Positions 36,601-44,550 of a stretch of DNA of 54,502 nucleotides are shown in pieces. How positions within the stretch are numbered: position 1 is the first letter of the stretch; every line of letters begins with the position of its first letter. The notes under the pieces are model-generated. The model saw only the letters and a list, made by a program, of their open reading frames with translations. It searched no databases and was not told the DNA's origin. Both the position numbers and the translations under genes were made by a program. This DNA comes from a virus (taxonomy: Duplodnaviria; Caudoviricetes), in IMG/VR virus record IMGVR_UViG_3300020044_001189, positions 1 through 54,502 of that record, one strand, 5' to 3'.

Positions 36601-37054
36601 AGATTCAGTGTTGGCTTACTTCAAGCGCAAGGGTGGATACAACAAGGGCGGCGTGGTTCGCAAAGCCGAGGGTGGAACAATTGACATCAAGGGCATTGGT
36701 GTCAGAGAAGCCCCCAACATGGATGTCAAGGCTTTCATTTCGCCTAGACCCGCAATGAAGAACTCATTGCCTGTGGGCGGTGTATTCCAGCAAACGCCCC
36801 AACAGCCTGCGCAGGGTATGCCCCAAGGCCAGCCGCCTCAGGGAATGCCACAAGGAATGCCTCAAGGTATGCCACAAGGAGCGCCTCCCCAAGGAATGCC
36901 ACCACAGCCGCCAAGCAACATCTTGCAGATGACCCCTCAGGGGCAAGCAATGAGCGCCATCAAGCCCCCTCAGATGGCTCGTGGGGGCAAAGTTGATCGT
37001 GACATGATGATGCTTCACGTTATGAACCGCAAAATGAAAGTAAAGCATGGATGA
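33683..37054 (+). CDS. Large polyvalent-type/internal virion protein
   Basis: PGGENYREML, EELQSDWHQKGR, PDAPFK..W...ALKR and GEGMKGFYD motifs; xxGG linkers; QGMP repeat tail. Confidence 0.6.
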   Translation: MKKLVGEGKPFHSAVDKTAALLKRKVGTGAEFMKELMGVSGVKPTELQERGLTEIMGMPKMTHDQFMAALSANPAPKIREKVLSDEDEGGDDPRHLTPEERNYGPNNQTHHRKWTLPGGENYREMLIKAPKGVDNQEKIMELEAKLRRIPMFNSTPEQQADIAKYYNQIRDLKAEEAASPKPFRGVEHHFGGEPNILASMRVKDRLVPDLEGPHNVTIIGEGGVSNKKFNTREEANAFADVKKQGGYKTKITPLNNKKYLHLEELQSDWHQKGRDKGYKDLDVDNQLQKKYRELNEIGESYKKLAIDQRVATAVANGMDEAEARRLILIGTENTPLEQYAPDEKSKIDILRRQQELEELENKANLVPDAPFKKNWEEMALKRLIHHAAEKGYHGVVVTPGVEQAKRYSIGNHIDELHYNPETHRLIGSNEGQRIVDKKSVPPEELIEHVGKEVASKLMQQEPNVNGLRSLTGEQLHIGGEGMKGFYDKKVPNILNSIGKKYGVKTELGGHKLLGDPSERADASERLGHADVRFADMTTPQIQAFNAKLDEANAKQLHYFPITEDMRKDVLANGLPLYNKGGTVHMAKEGDMDHMMLEMMGRRMATGGSPTTKGYVTHEPKKPHPEVGTRFKATPQGNLAAMKAFDLMKHEGKGSIVPIPYDATTRDNRVTEVSGHNLINPLVTEAGFDYSLDPTNMAQNIGGASNSGIAKRVQDRVNQAAKEHKGDVFLAPNTMGEDAENFSHHPAHIVLDLMAQRQLNKNTLRALSDDLRGQPELKRNARTGEVTKTYPYTKFLGYDHPNMFQQVIKGGHGLEATPGDLRKKMMERLSLVNMQKLLDYNMGDLKAAILDPELATDPKAYMGRTFVKAQPGAALRPSTHTSYDTDYTGINEGGLGSNRPFEVLMPDVTESIYQELKARPAKTVKTPAQMRAQVVGAIEKRKEKFAQPINARVINNAGLYEEGLKQGEFDPKNVDSVLAYFKRKGGYNKGGVVRKAEGGTIDIKGIGVREAPNMDVKAFISPRPAMKNSLPVGGVFQQTPQQPAQGMPQGQPPQGMPQGMPQGMPQGAPPQGMPPQPPSNILQMTPQGQAMSAIKPPQMARGGKVDRDMMMLHVMNRKMKVKHG
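36812..36904 (+). repeat. 12-bp-period coding repeats (QGMP)n
   Basis: QGMPQGQPPQGMPQGMPQGMPQGAPPQGMPP. Confidence 0.7.
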
Positions 37055-39509
37055 CCTACTAGAAAACGAAGACGGCTCAATAGACGTTGAGTTGCCAGAC
37101 ATGAGCACCGAGGTGCAAGAGATGCCTGACGGCTCTGCTGTGGTGACCATGGAGGACATCGAGGGCCCTGAAGAATCGCCAGACTTCTATGCCAACTTGG
37201 CTGAGTCAATGAGCGCTTCCGAAATGAGCGAGATCGCCATGCGCTACATGGACTTGTTGGCGAACGACAAGGAAGCACGCAAGGAGCGCGATAAGAAGTA
37301 CGAGGAAGGTCTAAAGCGCACGGGTATGGGCAATGACGCCCCCGGCGGCGCAACCTTTGCAGGGGCCTCCAAGGTCGTTCACCCCGCCATGGCTGAGGGT
37401 TGTGTTGACTTTGCCGCCCGCGCCATGAAGGAGTTGTTCCCACCCGACGGCCCTGTGCGCACCAAGATTTTGGGTAAGGTTGACGACGAGAAGACCGAGC
37501 GTGCTGAGCGTAAGCGCGACTACATGAACTGGCAGATCACCGAGCAGATCGAAGAGTTCCGCGACGAGCAAGAACAGTTGTTAACCCAGCTTCCCCTTGG
37601 TGGTTCCCAATACTTCAAGATCTGGTACGACGACAACAAGAAGCGCCCATGCGTGGAGTTCTTGCCTATTGATCGTGTGATCCTGCCCTTTGCGGCTACC
37701 AACTTCTACACCGCCCAACGTGCGGCAGACGTAAACGAGATTACCCAGTGGGAATTCAAACGTCGAGTTAAGAGCGGCATGTACCGCGACATTGACTTTG
37801 TGCGTGCCACCGAAGAGGTCGAGCCTACCGCCGCACAGAAGGCCAACCAAAAGATTGAGGGCAAGAAGTGGCAGGACAACGATGACGGCTTGCGCAAGGT
37901 CTACCATATCTACACATGGTTGGAGCTTGAGGACGACAAGTTTGCCAAGGGAGACTCTGCCCCCTACATCCTGATGATCGACGAACTCAGCACCGAGGTG
38001 GTGGGCCTATACCGTAATTGGGAAGAGCAAGACGAGACCATGACCAAGATGGATTGGATTGTGGAATTCAAATTCATCCCTTGGAGGGGTGTCTACGCCA
38101 TTGGGCTACCTCACCTTATCGGCGGCATTTCAGCCGCCTTGACGGGCTCATTGCGGGCCTTGTTGGACTCTGCGCACATCAACAACGCCGCAACTATGCT
38201 GAAGTTGAAGGGTGCAAAGATGTCTGGGCAGTCCCAGCAGGTTGATGTCACCCAAGTGGCGGAGATTGAGGCGGCTCCCGGCGTCGATGACATTCGCAAG
38301 ATTGCCATGCCCATGCCGTTTAACCCACCCTCCCCCGTGCTTTTCCAGTTGCTAGGCTTTTTGGACACTGCCGCCAAGGGTGTGGTATCCACCGCAGAAG
38401 AGAAGATTGCTGACGCAAACTCCAACATGCCTGTGGGCACAACCCAAGCCCTTATTGAGCAGGGTGCTGTGGTGTTCTCAGCCATCCATGCACGCCTGCA
38501 CGACAGCCAAGCAAGGGTCTTAAAGATCCTTGGACGCCTGAATCGTTGGCACTTGGACGAGCAACGCAAGGGTGAGGTGGTCGCTGACCTTGAAATCAGT
38601 CGCCAAGACTTTGCCACCAACACCGATGTCGTGCCTGTAAGCGACCCACACATCTTCTCTGAGACCCAACGTATGGCTCAGATGCAGGCTGTGATGCAGT
38701 TGATGCAAGGAAACCCTGACGTCTTCAATAAAAAGAAGGTTGTTGAGCGATTCTTAAAGCAATTGAAGGTTCCAGCCATCAACGAGTTGATGATTGATGT
38801 CCCTGCACCTGAGATGCGCACCATCGCAGACGAAAATGCGGCTATGTCGATTGGTCAGCCATCGTATGCCTACATACAGCAAGACCACATCTCCCACATC
38901 CAAGGGCACTTGCAGTTTGCAAACGACCCTGCCTACGGCTCAAACCCCTTCTTTGCGCCCCAATTCACGCCCCACGCTATCGAGCACATCAAGCAACACA
39001 TGACTTTGTGGTACTTGAACCGCATGAATGGCTATGTAGCACAGGCTCGCGGTGGAAAACCCGTGACCAACTACGAGGATGCGAAGCTGACGGGCATCAT
39101 TGACCAAGTTTTTGCCGCTGTTGGACAGCATGTGAGCTTGGATACCTCCGAGGTGTTCCAACAAATCATGCCGCAGTTGCAGGCACTGATGCAACGTGCC
39201 CAACAAATGCAAAAGCCACCTGTTTTGCCACCAGATGCGCAGGTCGTCAAGGACACCAGCATGGCGGAGACGCAACGCAAACAGCAAAAAGACCAGTCAG
39301 ACGCTCAGTTTGCGGCTCAAAAGCTTCAGGCAGAGCAACAAGAGCACCAGATGGACATCCAAGCAAAGATTGCCATCGAAAATGCAAAGCTGTCGCACCA
39401 AACCATCCAAAATTTGGGGCAAATTCAGCTAGATGCGGCACAAAACCCGCCTCAACCACCTCAGTTACCACAACCACCTCAAGGAGAGCCAAATGGCAAT
39501 ATCGGATAA
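37047..39509 (+). CDS. Portal protein (P22-like, large)
   Basis: FAGASKVVHP, ELFPPDGPVRT, LPLGGSQYFK and PVGTTQALIEQG motifs; Q-rich C-terminal barrel. Confidence 0.85.
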   Translation: MDDLLENEDGSIDVELPDMSTEVQEMPDGSAVVTMEDIEGPEESPDFYANLAESMSASEMSEIAMRYMDLLANDKEARKERDKKYEEGLKRTGMGNDAPGGATFAGASKVVHPAMAEGCVDFAARAMKELFPPDGPVRTKILGKVDDEKTERAERKRDYMNWQITEQIEEFRDEQEQLLTQLPLGGSQYFKIWYDDNKKRPCVEFLPIDRVILPFAATNFYTAQRAADVNEITQWEFKRRVKSGMYRDIDFVRATEEVEPTAAQKANQKIEGKKWQDNDDGLRKVYHIYTWLELEDDKFAKGDSAPYILMIDELSTEVVGLYRNWEEQDETMTKMDWIVEFKFIPWRGVYAIGLPHLIGGISAALTGSLRALLDSAHINNAATMLKLKGAKMSGQSQQVDVTQVAEIEAAPGVDDIRKIAMPMPFNPPSPVLFQLLGFLDTAAKGVVSTAEEKIADANSNMPVGTTQALIEQGAVVFSAIHARLHDSQARVLKILGRLNRWHLDEQRKGEVVADLEISRQDFATNTDVVPVSDPHIFSETQRMAQMQAVMQLMQGNPDVFNKKKVVERFLKQLKVPAINELMIDVPAPEMRTIADENAAMSIGQPSYAYIQQDHISHIQGHLQFANDPAYGSNPFFAPQFTPHAIEHIKQHMTLWYLNRMNGYVAQARGGKPVTNYEDAKLTGIIDQVFAAVGQHVSLDTSEVFQQIMPQLQALMQRAQQMQKPPVLPPDAQVVKDTSMAETQRKQQKDQSDAQFAAQKLQAEQQEHQMDIQAKIAIENAKLSHQTIQNLGQIQLDAAQNPPQPPQLPQPPQGEPNGNIG

Positions 39510-39660
39510 AGAACAAATGGGCGAAGACGTGCGTTACCACGCTCGTTTAGCAATGGGCGCAAAGCTGGACGGCACATCGCTGAAGGCTAAGGGTCAGCCA
39601 ACCCCCGTCAAGAACACAAGCAAGCCCCAAGGTGGCTTGTCTGCCGTGAAGAAAAAATGA
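39493..39660 (+). CDS. Small basic protein
   Basis: AAGGAG RBS; 55 aa. Confidence 0.5.
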   Translation: MAISDKEQMGEDVRYHARLAMGAKLDGTSLKAKGQPTPVKNTSKPQGGLSAVKKK

Positions 39661-39833
39661 CATCCGAGTTGATCCACATGATCAAGCTACGGCAGGCTGA
39701 GATAGGTGTCTCATTGGCTGAGGGTAATGCCTCGACATGGGAGACCTATCAAAGGGTGGTTGGTGAAAACGCAGGACTTGCATGGGTCTTGCAGATGATC
39801 AACCAGAAGTTGCAAGAAGAAGACGGGAATTGA
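39657..39833 (+). CDS. Small conserved head-region protein (not in ORF track)
   Basis: MTSELIHMIK...GNASTWETYQRVVGENAGL..., 58 aa; ATGA overlap; typical position between portal and GroES-like gene. Confidence 0.65.
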   Translation: MTSELIHMIKLRQAEIGVSLAEGNASTWETYQRVVGENAGLAWVLQMINQKLQEEDGN

Positions 39834-39839
39834 GATATT

Positions 39840-39896
39840 CCTAATCCGTTGCACTGAAAAATGTGCGTTTTCGCGCTGAGATATGCGCTTTAGGAG
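39840..39896 (+). promoter_or_regulatory. Twin-hairpin leader occluding the RBS of the GroES-like gene
   Basis: GCAC-TGAAAAAT-GTGC and GCGC-TGAGATAT-GCGC enclosed by CCTAA/TTAGG, which overlaps AGGAG. Confidence 0.55.
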
Positions 39897-39901
39897 AAAA
39901 A

Positions 39902-40348
39902 ATGAGTGAAAAAGAGATTACTCTCATCGAGAGTGATGAAAGCTTGCCGTCTGTCGACGAATTAAGCTGGGCATTCCCCGAAGTTACACCGGGACAAAGC
40001 CCATTTGGAGGACGAATCATTGTCCAACTACGCCGAATCAAACAAAAAACCGCTGGAAAGATCATCTTGGTTGAAGAAACCAAGGAGAACGAGAAGTGGA
40101 ACAACATGATTGGCAAGGTTGTCGCTGTTGGCCCGCTTGCCTTCAAAAACCGTGAAACCATGGCCTCATGGCCTGAAGGATCATGGGCTGAGATAGGCGA
40201 CTACGTCCGAGTCCCTCGTTGGGGCGGGGATCGTTGGGAGCGACCAGTCCCCGATGACGAAGATCCAGTCTTGTTTATGACCATCAACGATCACGAGTTG
40301 ATTGCCAAGGTCACAGACAACCCACTTTCATTCAAGTCTTTTGTTTAA
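39902..40348 (+). CDS. groES: GroES-like co-chaperonin
   Basis: PFGGRIIV...KTAGKIIL...GKVVAVGPLAF...GDYV...INDHELIA. Confidence 0.8.
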   Translation: MSEKEITLIESDESLPSVDELSWAFPEVTPGQSPFGGRIIVQLRRIKQKTAGKIILVEETKENEKWNNMIGKVVAVGPLAFKNRETMASWPEGSWAEIGDYVRVPRWGGDRWERPVPDDEDPVLFMTINDHELIAKVTDNPLSFKSFV

Positions 40349-40357
40349 GGATGCATC

Positions 40358-41338
40358 ATGGCAGAAAAAGATAAACAAGAAATTGAGATTCATGTCAAGG
40401 AAGAGAAGGACGGCTCCGCTGTTGTTGCCTTGCCTGAGGGTCTTGATATGGGCGAAGAGCTTGATGAAGAGTTTGAACCTTCACAAGAAGTTAAGAACGA
40501 AGCTGATGGTGGTTCCGTAGAGGAAGACGATGACCATCCTGATGACACAGAGGCTATGCGTGCCGCCAAGCGGGCAAAGCGCAAGTCCAAGAAGGAGCTA
40601 TGGCGCAATACAAACAAGGAGCGTGAGCTTCAATTGCAACTGTTAAAGCGCCAAAACGATGAGTATTCCAAGCGTTTGTCGGACTTGGAGCGCAAGACCC
40701 AATACTCAGAGTTGGCGCAGATTGACAAGCAGATCGAGGACGAAAACCTTCGCCTTGAGTACGCCAAGATGAAGATCTCCGAGGCGGCTCAGGCTGGTGA
40801 CGGTGACGCCATGGTTCAAGCCCAAGAAATGATGTACGACTCACGCGAAAAGCTAGGTCGTTTATCTGGAGTTAAGAACCAGTTCAATCGACCAGCCCAA
40901 CAGAGCCAACCTGCCCCTGATCCTCGTATGCAAAGGCATGCGGCAATATGGATTGAGCGCAATGCTTGGTACAAGCCTGACCTCGGTGACACCGACAGTC
41001 GCATTGCCAAGAGCGTCGATGAGGAGCTTGTTAAGGAGGGCTGGAATCCCACCGAGGCAGATTATTGGGATGAGCTTGACAATCGCTTGCAAAAATATTT
41101 GCCCCACCGCTACAATGGCTCCGCAGAACGAAATTCGTCTGAGAGAAAACCAAGGAATGTAGTGGCAAGTTCAGGGCGTGAAGCATCAGCTTCTTTTGGT
41201 GGATCAAACCGAACCTTTACGCTCTCACCCCAACAGGTGAGTGCAATCAAGGAGGCGGGGATGTGGGAAAACATCGAGTCCCGCAATCGAATGATCCGAC
41301 GCTATGCGCAACAAAGCCGAAACATGGAAGGTAAATAA
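40358..41338 (+). CDS. Capsid scaffolding protein
   Basis: Acidic N-terminus, long coiled coil, W.ERN.WY and YWDELD.RL, C-terminal LSPQQV.A motif; upstream of the capsid gene. Confidence 0.7.
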   Translation: MAEKDKQEIEIHVKEEKDGSAVVALPEGLDMGEELDEEFEPSQEVKNEADGGSVEEDDDHPDDTEAMRAAKRAKRKSKKELWRNTNKERELQLQLLKRQNDEYSKRLSDLERKTQYSELAQIDKQIEDENLRLEYAKMKISEAAQAGDGDAMVQAQEMMYDSREKLGRLSGVKNQFNRPAQQSQPAPDPRMQRHAAIWIERNAWYKPDLGDTDSRIAKSVDEELVKEGWNPTEADYWDELDNRLQKYLPHRYNGSAERNSSERKPRNVVASSGREASASFGGSNRTFTLSPQQVSAIKEAGMWENIESRNRMIRRYAQQSRNMEGK

Positions 41339-41340
41339 TC

Positions 41341-41889
41341 ATGACTGAATCTCGTTTAAAAAAATCTCTGAATGCAGGTGGTCGCAATGATCGCGCAAGC
41401 GAGGACGCAAGCCGCCAAGCACCAGAAGACAAGTTCATTTCTACGCAGGAACGTAAACGCATGTGGAGCGAAGAATGGACGCAATCAGCACTGCCCAAAC
41501 TACCGGGCCTCGATGGTTGGCATTTATGCTGGCTATCATCAACAAATAGTTATGACAGCATTGACAAGAGAATTCGTCTTGGTTACGTCCCAGTTAAGTC
41601 TGAGGAGTTGCCCGGATACGAAGACTACCGAGTCAAGTCTGGCGAACATGTTGGTTACATTTCATGCAACGAGATGTTGCTTTTCAAACTCCCAATGGAC
41701 GTCTATCAGGAATACATGGTGCACATGCATCATGAACAGCCACAAGAGGAAGAGGACAAAATCCGAATCCAGATAGAAAGCCTGCAAGGACAGCGAGACA
41801 GCAACGGAAAGTCGCTAGTAAGTGTTGAGGGCGAGGGAATGGGCAAATTTGATCAGCAATCCGCAAAGGTTCCCGTATTTCACGGGTAA
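41341..41889 (+). CDS. Conserved head-region protein
   Basis: LP...GWHLCWL...RIRLGYVPV motif; between scaffold and capsid genes. Confidence 0.65.
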   Translation: MTESRLKKSLNAGGRNDRASEDASRQAPEDKFISTQERKRMWSEEWTQSALPKLPGLDGWHLCWLSSTNSYDSIDKRIRLGYVPVKSEELPGYEDYRVKSGEHVGYISCNEMLLFKLPMDVYQEYMVHMHHEQPQEEEDKIRIQIESLQGQRDSNGKSLVSVEGEGMGKFDQQSAKVPVFHG

Positions 41890-41913
41890 TTTTTAACTCA
41901 AAGGAGCTAGACT

Positions 41914-42546
41914 ATGTCTGCAACAAACGCTCCGTTCGGTTTGCGCCCTGCGTTCCATCCTTCTGGTCTGGATCGCGCTCAGGCGCTTGCCAACGGTATC
42001 ACCTCAGGCTTGGCTGTAAACATTCTTAAAGGCCAACCTGTTGTTTACTCAGTAGCCGCTACAGTTGGTTCAACTGGTGCGGCTAACGGCACAATCATTC
42101 CTGCGGCAACACCCGGCAACAGCGCCGCTACCTCTGGCTATCAAGTCATTGGTGCATTCGCTGGTGTTGAGTTTACCGACACTACTGGTCGTCGTCGTGT
42201 TTCCAACTACTGGCCCGCCAGCACCGCATTCCAAACTGGATCATGCGTTGCTTATTTCTACAACGATCAAAACATCGTTTATGAAATTCAAGCGGACGGT
42301 TCTTTAGCGCAAACTGCCATTGGCGGCGAGTACAACTTCAGTGCAATTACCGCTGGTTCTACAACCACTGGTCTGTCCCAAGCAACCTTAGCTACTGCCT
42401 CAGCACAAGCTAACGGTGCTCAAGGTCAAATGCGCGTTGTTGATCTGGCTCCATATCCAGATAACGCTTGGGGTGACGCTTACACTATTGTTCGTGTAAC
42501 GATGTCATATTCGCAATTTGTCGCGGCAACTACTGCTGTCGTTTAA
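41914..42546 (+). CDS. Capsid-associated (decoration/cement) protein
   Basis: MSATNAPFGLRP...IGAFAGVEF.D...YEIQAD; directly upstream of the major capsid gene. Confidence 0.65.
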   Translation: MSATNAPFGLRPAFHPSGLDRAQALANGITSGLAVNILKGQPVVYSVAATVGSTGAANGTIIPAATPGNSAATSGYQVIGAFAGVEFTDTTGRRRVSNYWPASTAFQTGSCVAYFYNDQNIVYEIQADGSLAQTAIGGEYNFSAITAGSTTTGLSQATLATASAQANGAQGQMRVVDLAPYPDNAWGDAYTIVRVTMSYSQFVAATTAVV

Positions 42547-42556
42547 GGAGTAAATA

Positions 42557-43471
42557 ATGGCCGCACCAATGCGCAGTACGGACTTTAGAAGTATTGTTGA
42601 CCCTATTCTCAAAGAATGCTTCGATGGAGTCTATGCCCAACGTGCCGACGAATGGTCACGAGTTTTTCGTGAACAAGACGGTATTCCCCGCAACTACCAT
42701 GAAGAACCCGTCCTGTACGGTTTCGGAGCCGCTCCTCAGTTACCTGACGGCACTCCTGTTACCTACCAACAAGGTGGTGTCCTGTTTCTGAAACGCTATG
42801 TGTACAAGGTGTATGGCTTGGCCTTCGCTTTGACCAAAGTGTTGTACGAAGACGGCGATCACATCCGTATCGGTCAGGTTTATGCACGCCACTTGGCTCA
42901 ATCTTTGGTGGAAACCAAAGAATTGTTGTCAGCTAACGTGTTGAACGTAGCCTTTAACTCCGCCTACCCCGGTGGCGACGGCGTGTCTTTGATTAGCACC
43001 GCCCACCCCATCGTCAACGGTACTGTCAGCAACCAGTTGTCTACAGCCGCTGTTTTGTCTCAAACATCTCTCGAACAGATGCTGATTCAAATCCGCCAAG
43101 CAGTTGACAACAACGGCAAGCGTATTCGTTTGGTTCCCCGCCAATTGGTGGTCGCGCCCGGCAATATCTTCCAAGCTGAAGTTTTGTTGAAATCTGTGTT
43201 GCGTACTGGCAATGCAAACAACGACATCAACCCTGTCAAGTCCATCGGTTTGTTGGACGAAGGCGCGGCTGTTCTGTCACGTTTGACTTCCAGCACCGCA
43301 TGGTGGGTTCAGACCGATGCTCCCGAAGGCATGAAGCTTTTGATGCGTCGTCGTTTGGAGAAGACCATGGAAGGCGACTTTGAGACTGACTCAATGCGCT
43401 ACAAAGCCACCGAGCGTTACGACGTTGGCTTCACCGACTGGCGTGCCATGTACGGCACACCCGGCGCTTAA
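42557..43471 (+). CDS. Major capsid protein (HK97 fold, Mu gpT-like)
   Basis: EEPVLYGFGAAP, GGDGVSL..TAHP, LVVAP, GNANNDIN, EGDFETDSMRYKATERY. Confidence 0.85.
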   Translation: MAAPMRSTDFRSIVDPILKECFDGVYAQRADEWSRVFREQDGIPRNYHEEPVLYGFGAAPQLPDGTPVTYQQGGVLFLKRYVYKVYGLAFALTKVLYEDGDHIRIGQVYARHLAQSLVETKELLSANVLNVAFNSAYPGGDGVSLISTAHPIVNGTVSNQLSTAAVLSQTSLEQMLIQIRQAVDNNGKRIRLVPRQLVVAPGNIFQAEVLLKSVLRTGNANNDINPVKSIGLLDEGAAVLSRLTSSTAWWVQTDAPEGMKLLMRRRLEKTMEGDFETDSMRYKATERYDVGFTDWRAMYGTPGA

Positions 43472-43487
43472 TAGCAGTGCCAAACTT

Positions 43488-43518
43488 GGGGAGGGGGTAA
43501 AACCTCTCCCCGTTTTTT
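43488..43518 (+). terminator. Intrinsic terminator after the capsid gene
   Basis: GGGGAGGGG-GTAAAA-CCTCTCCCC then GTTTTTT. Confidence 0.75.
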
Positions 43519-43551
43519 AATTTTCGTCCAGCTTTTCAAGGAGAAGACGAC

Positions 43552-44538
43552 ATGCCTCAATTTTCAGACGACCTATTTTTAGGCCCTGCCCAGACGTACA
43601 TGGGCACTGGTCTTCGCAACTACTCTACTACCGCCACTGGTGGTACAGGTGGAGTTTCCTCTTCAACCCTGACAATTACTGCGCTCAACTTTGGCGCACC
43701 AATTGCTATCGGTATGTATGTTGATGGTACAAGTGTTACTGACGGAACCTACATCACTGCCTTTGGCACTGGTAACGGCGGTACAGGCACTTACACCCTC
43801 AACCAAGCAATCAACATTGCAAACACAACAGCGTTGACTTTGCATGACTTGGAGCCTTACGACAATCCAGCCCCCATGAGCTTGGGTATCGGCCCCCTCG
43901 GTCGTGTCTATGTTTGGGACGTGGTTCCTCAGGCTCCAGTCACCAACAACGTCGCGGCATCGCAAACAACAACAACTGCTGGTCAATCAATTACTTTGAC
44001 CGCTGGCACTTCAGCCAAATCTGTTGTTCGCACTGATGGCACAACCGTGATCCAGTTGGACATGCCACGCGCACTCAAGGTGAACTGCTCAACAACTGCT
44101 CGCGCATTTACCGTTACTGGCTATGACGTGTATGGTCAACCAATGAGTGAGATCATTACCGTGGCTGTAGCGGGTACTGCTGTGACTGGTTTAAAAGCCT
44201 TTTACCAAGTCTCTGGCGCAACCATTGCTGGCTCTGCCACTGCTGTTGTGATCGGTACAAGTGATGTTTTGGGCATCCCAGTCCGTGTTGCTAACGTGGC
44301 ATATGTGGCAAGCGTCAAGAGTAACAACACGTTGGCACAAGATGCTGGCACTTTTGTTGCCGCTGATACTGCAACTGCTACCACTGCAACAGGTGACGTT
44401 CGCGGAACCTATGCTCCAGCCACTACATCGAACGGTATCGTTCGTACGGTGATGGCTATCACGCTCCCCGGTATCGCTGTTGGCCCCAATGCAACCCGCA
44501 TCGGTGCTCTTGGTGTGAACCAAAACTTAGTGTCCTAA
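43552..44538 (+). CDS. Virion structural protein (T/A/G/V-rich)
   Basis: MPQFSDDLFLG N-terminus; TGDVRGTY motif. Confidence 0.6.
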   Translation: MPQFSDDLFLGPAQTYMGTGLRNYSTTATGGTGGVSSSTLTITALNFGAPIAIGMYVDGTSVTDGTYITAFGTGNGGTGTYTLNQAINIANTTALTLHDLEPYDNPAPMSLGIGPLGRVYVWDVVPQAPVTNNVAASQTTTTAGQSITLTAGTSAKSVVRTDGTTVIQLDMPRALKVNCSTTARAFTVTGYDVYGQPMSEIITVAVAGTAVTGLKAFYQVSGATIAGSATAVVIGTSDVLGIPVRVANVAYVASVKSNNTLAQDAGTFVAADTATATTATGDVRGTYAPATTSNGIVRTVMAITLPGIAVGPNATRIGALGVNQNLVS

Positions 44539-44550
44539 TAGGAGGAAGTC

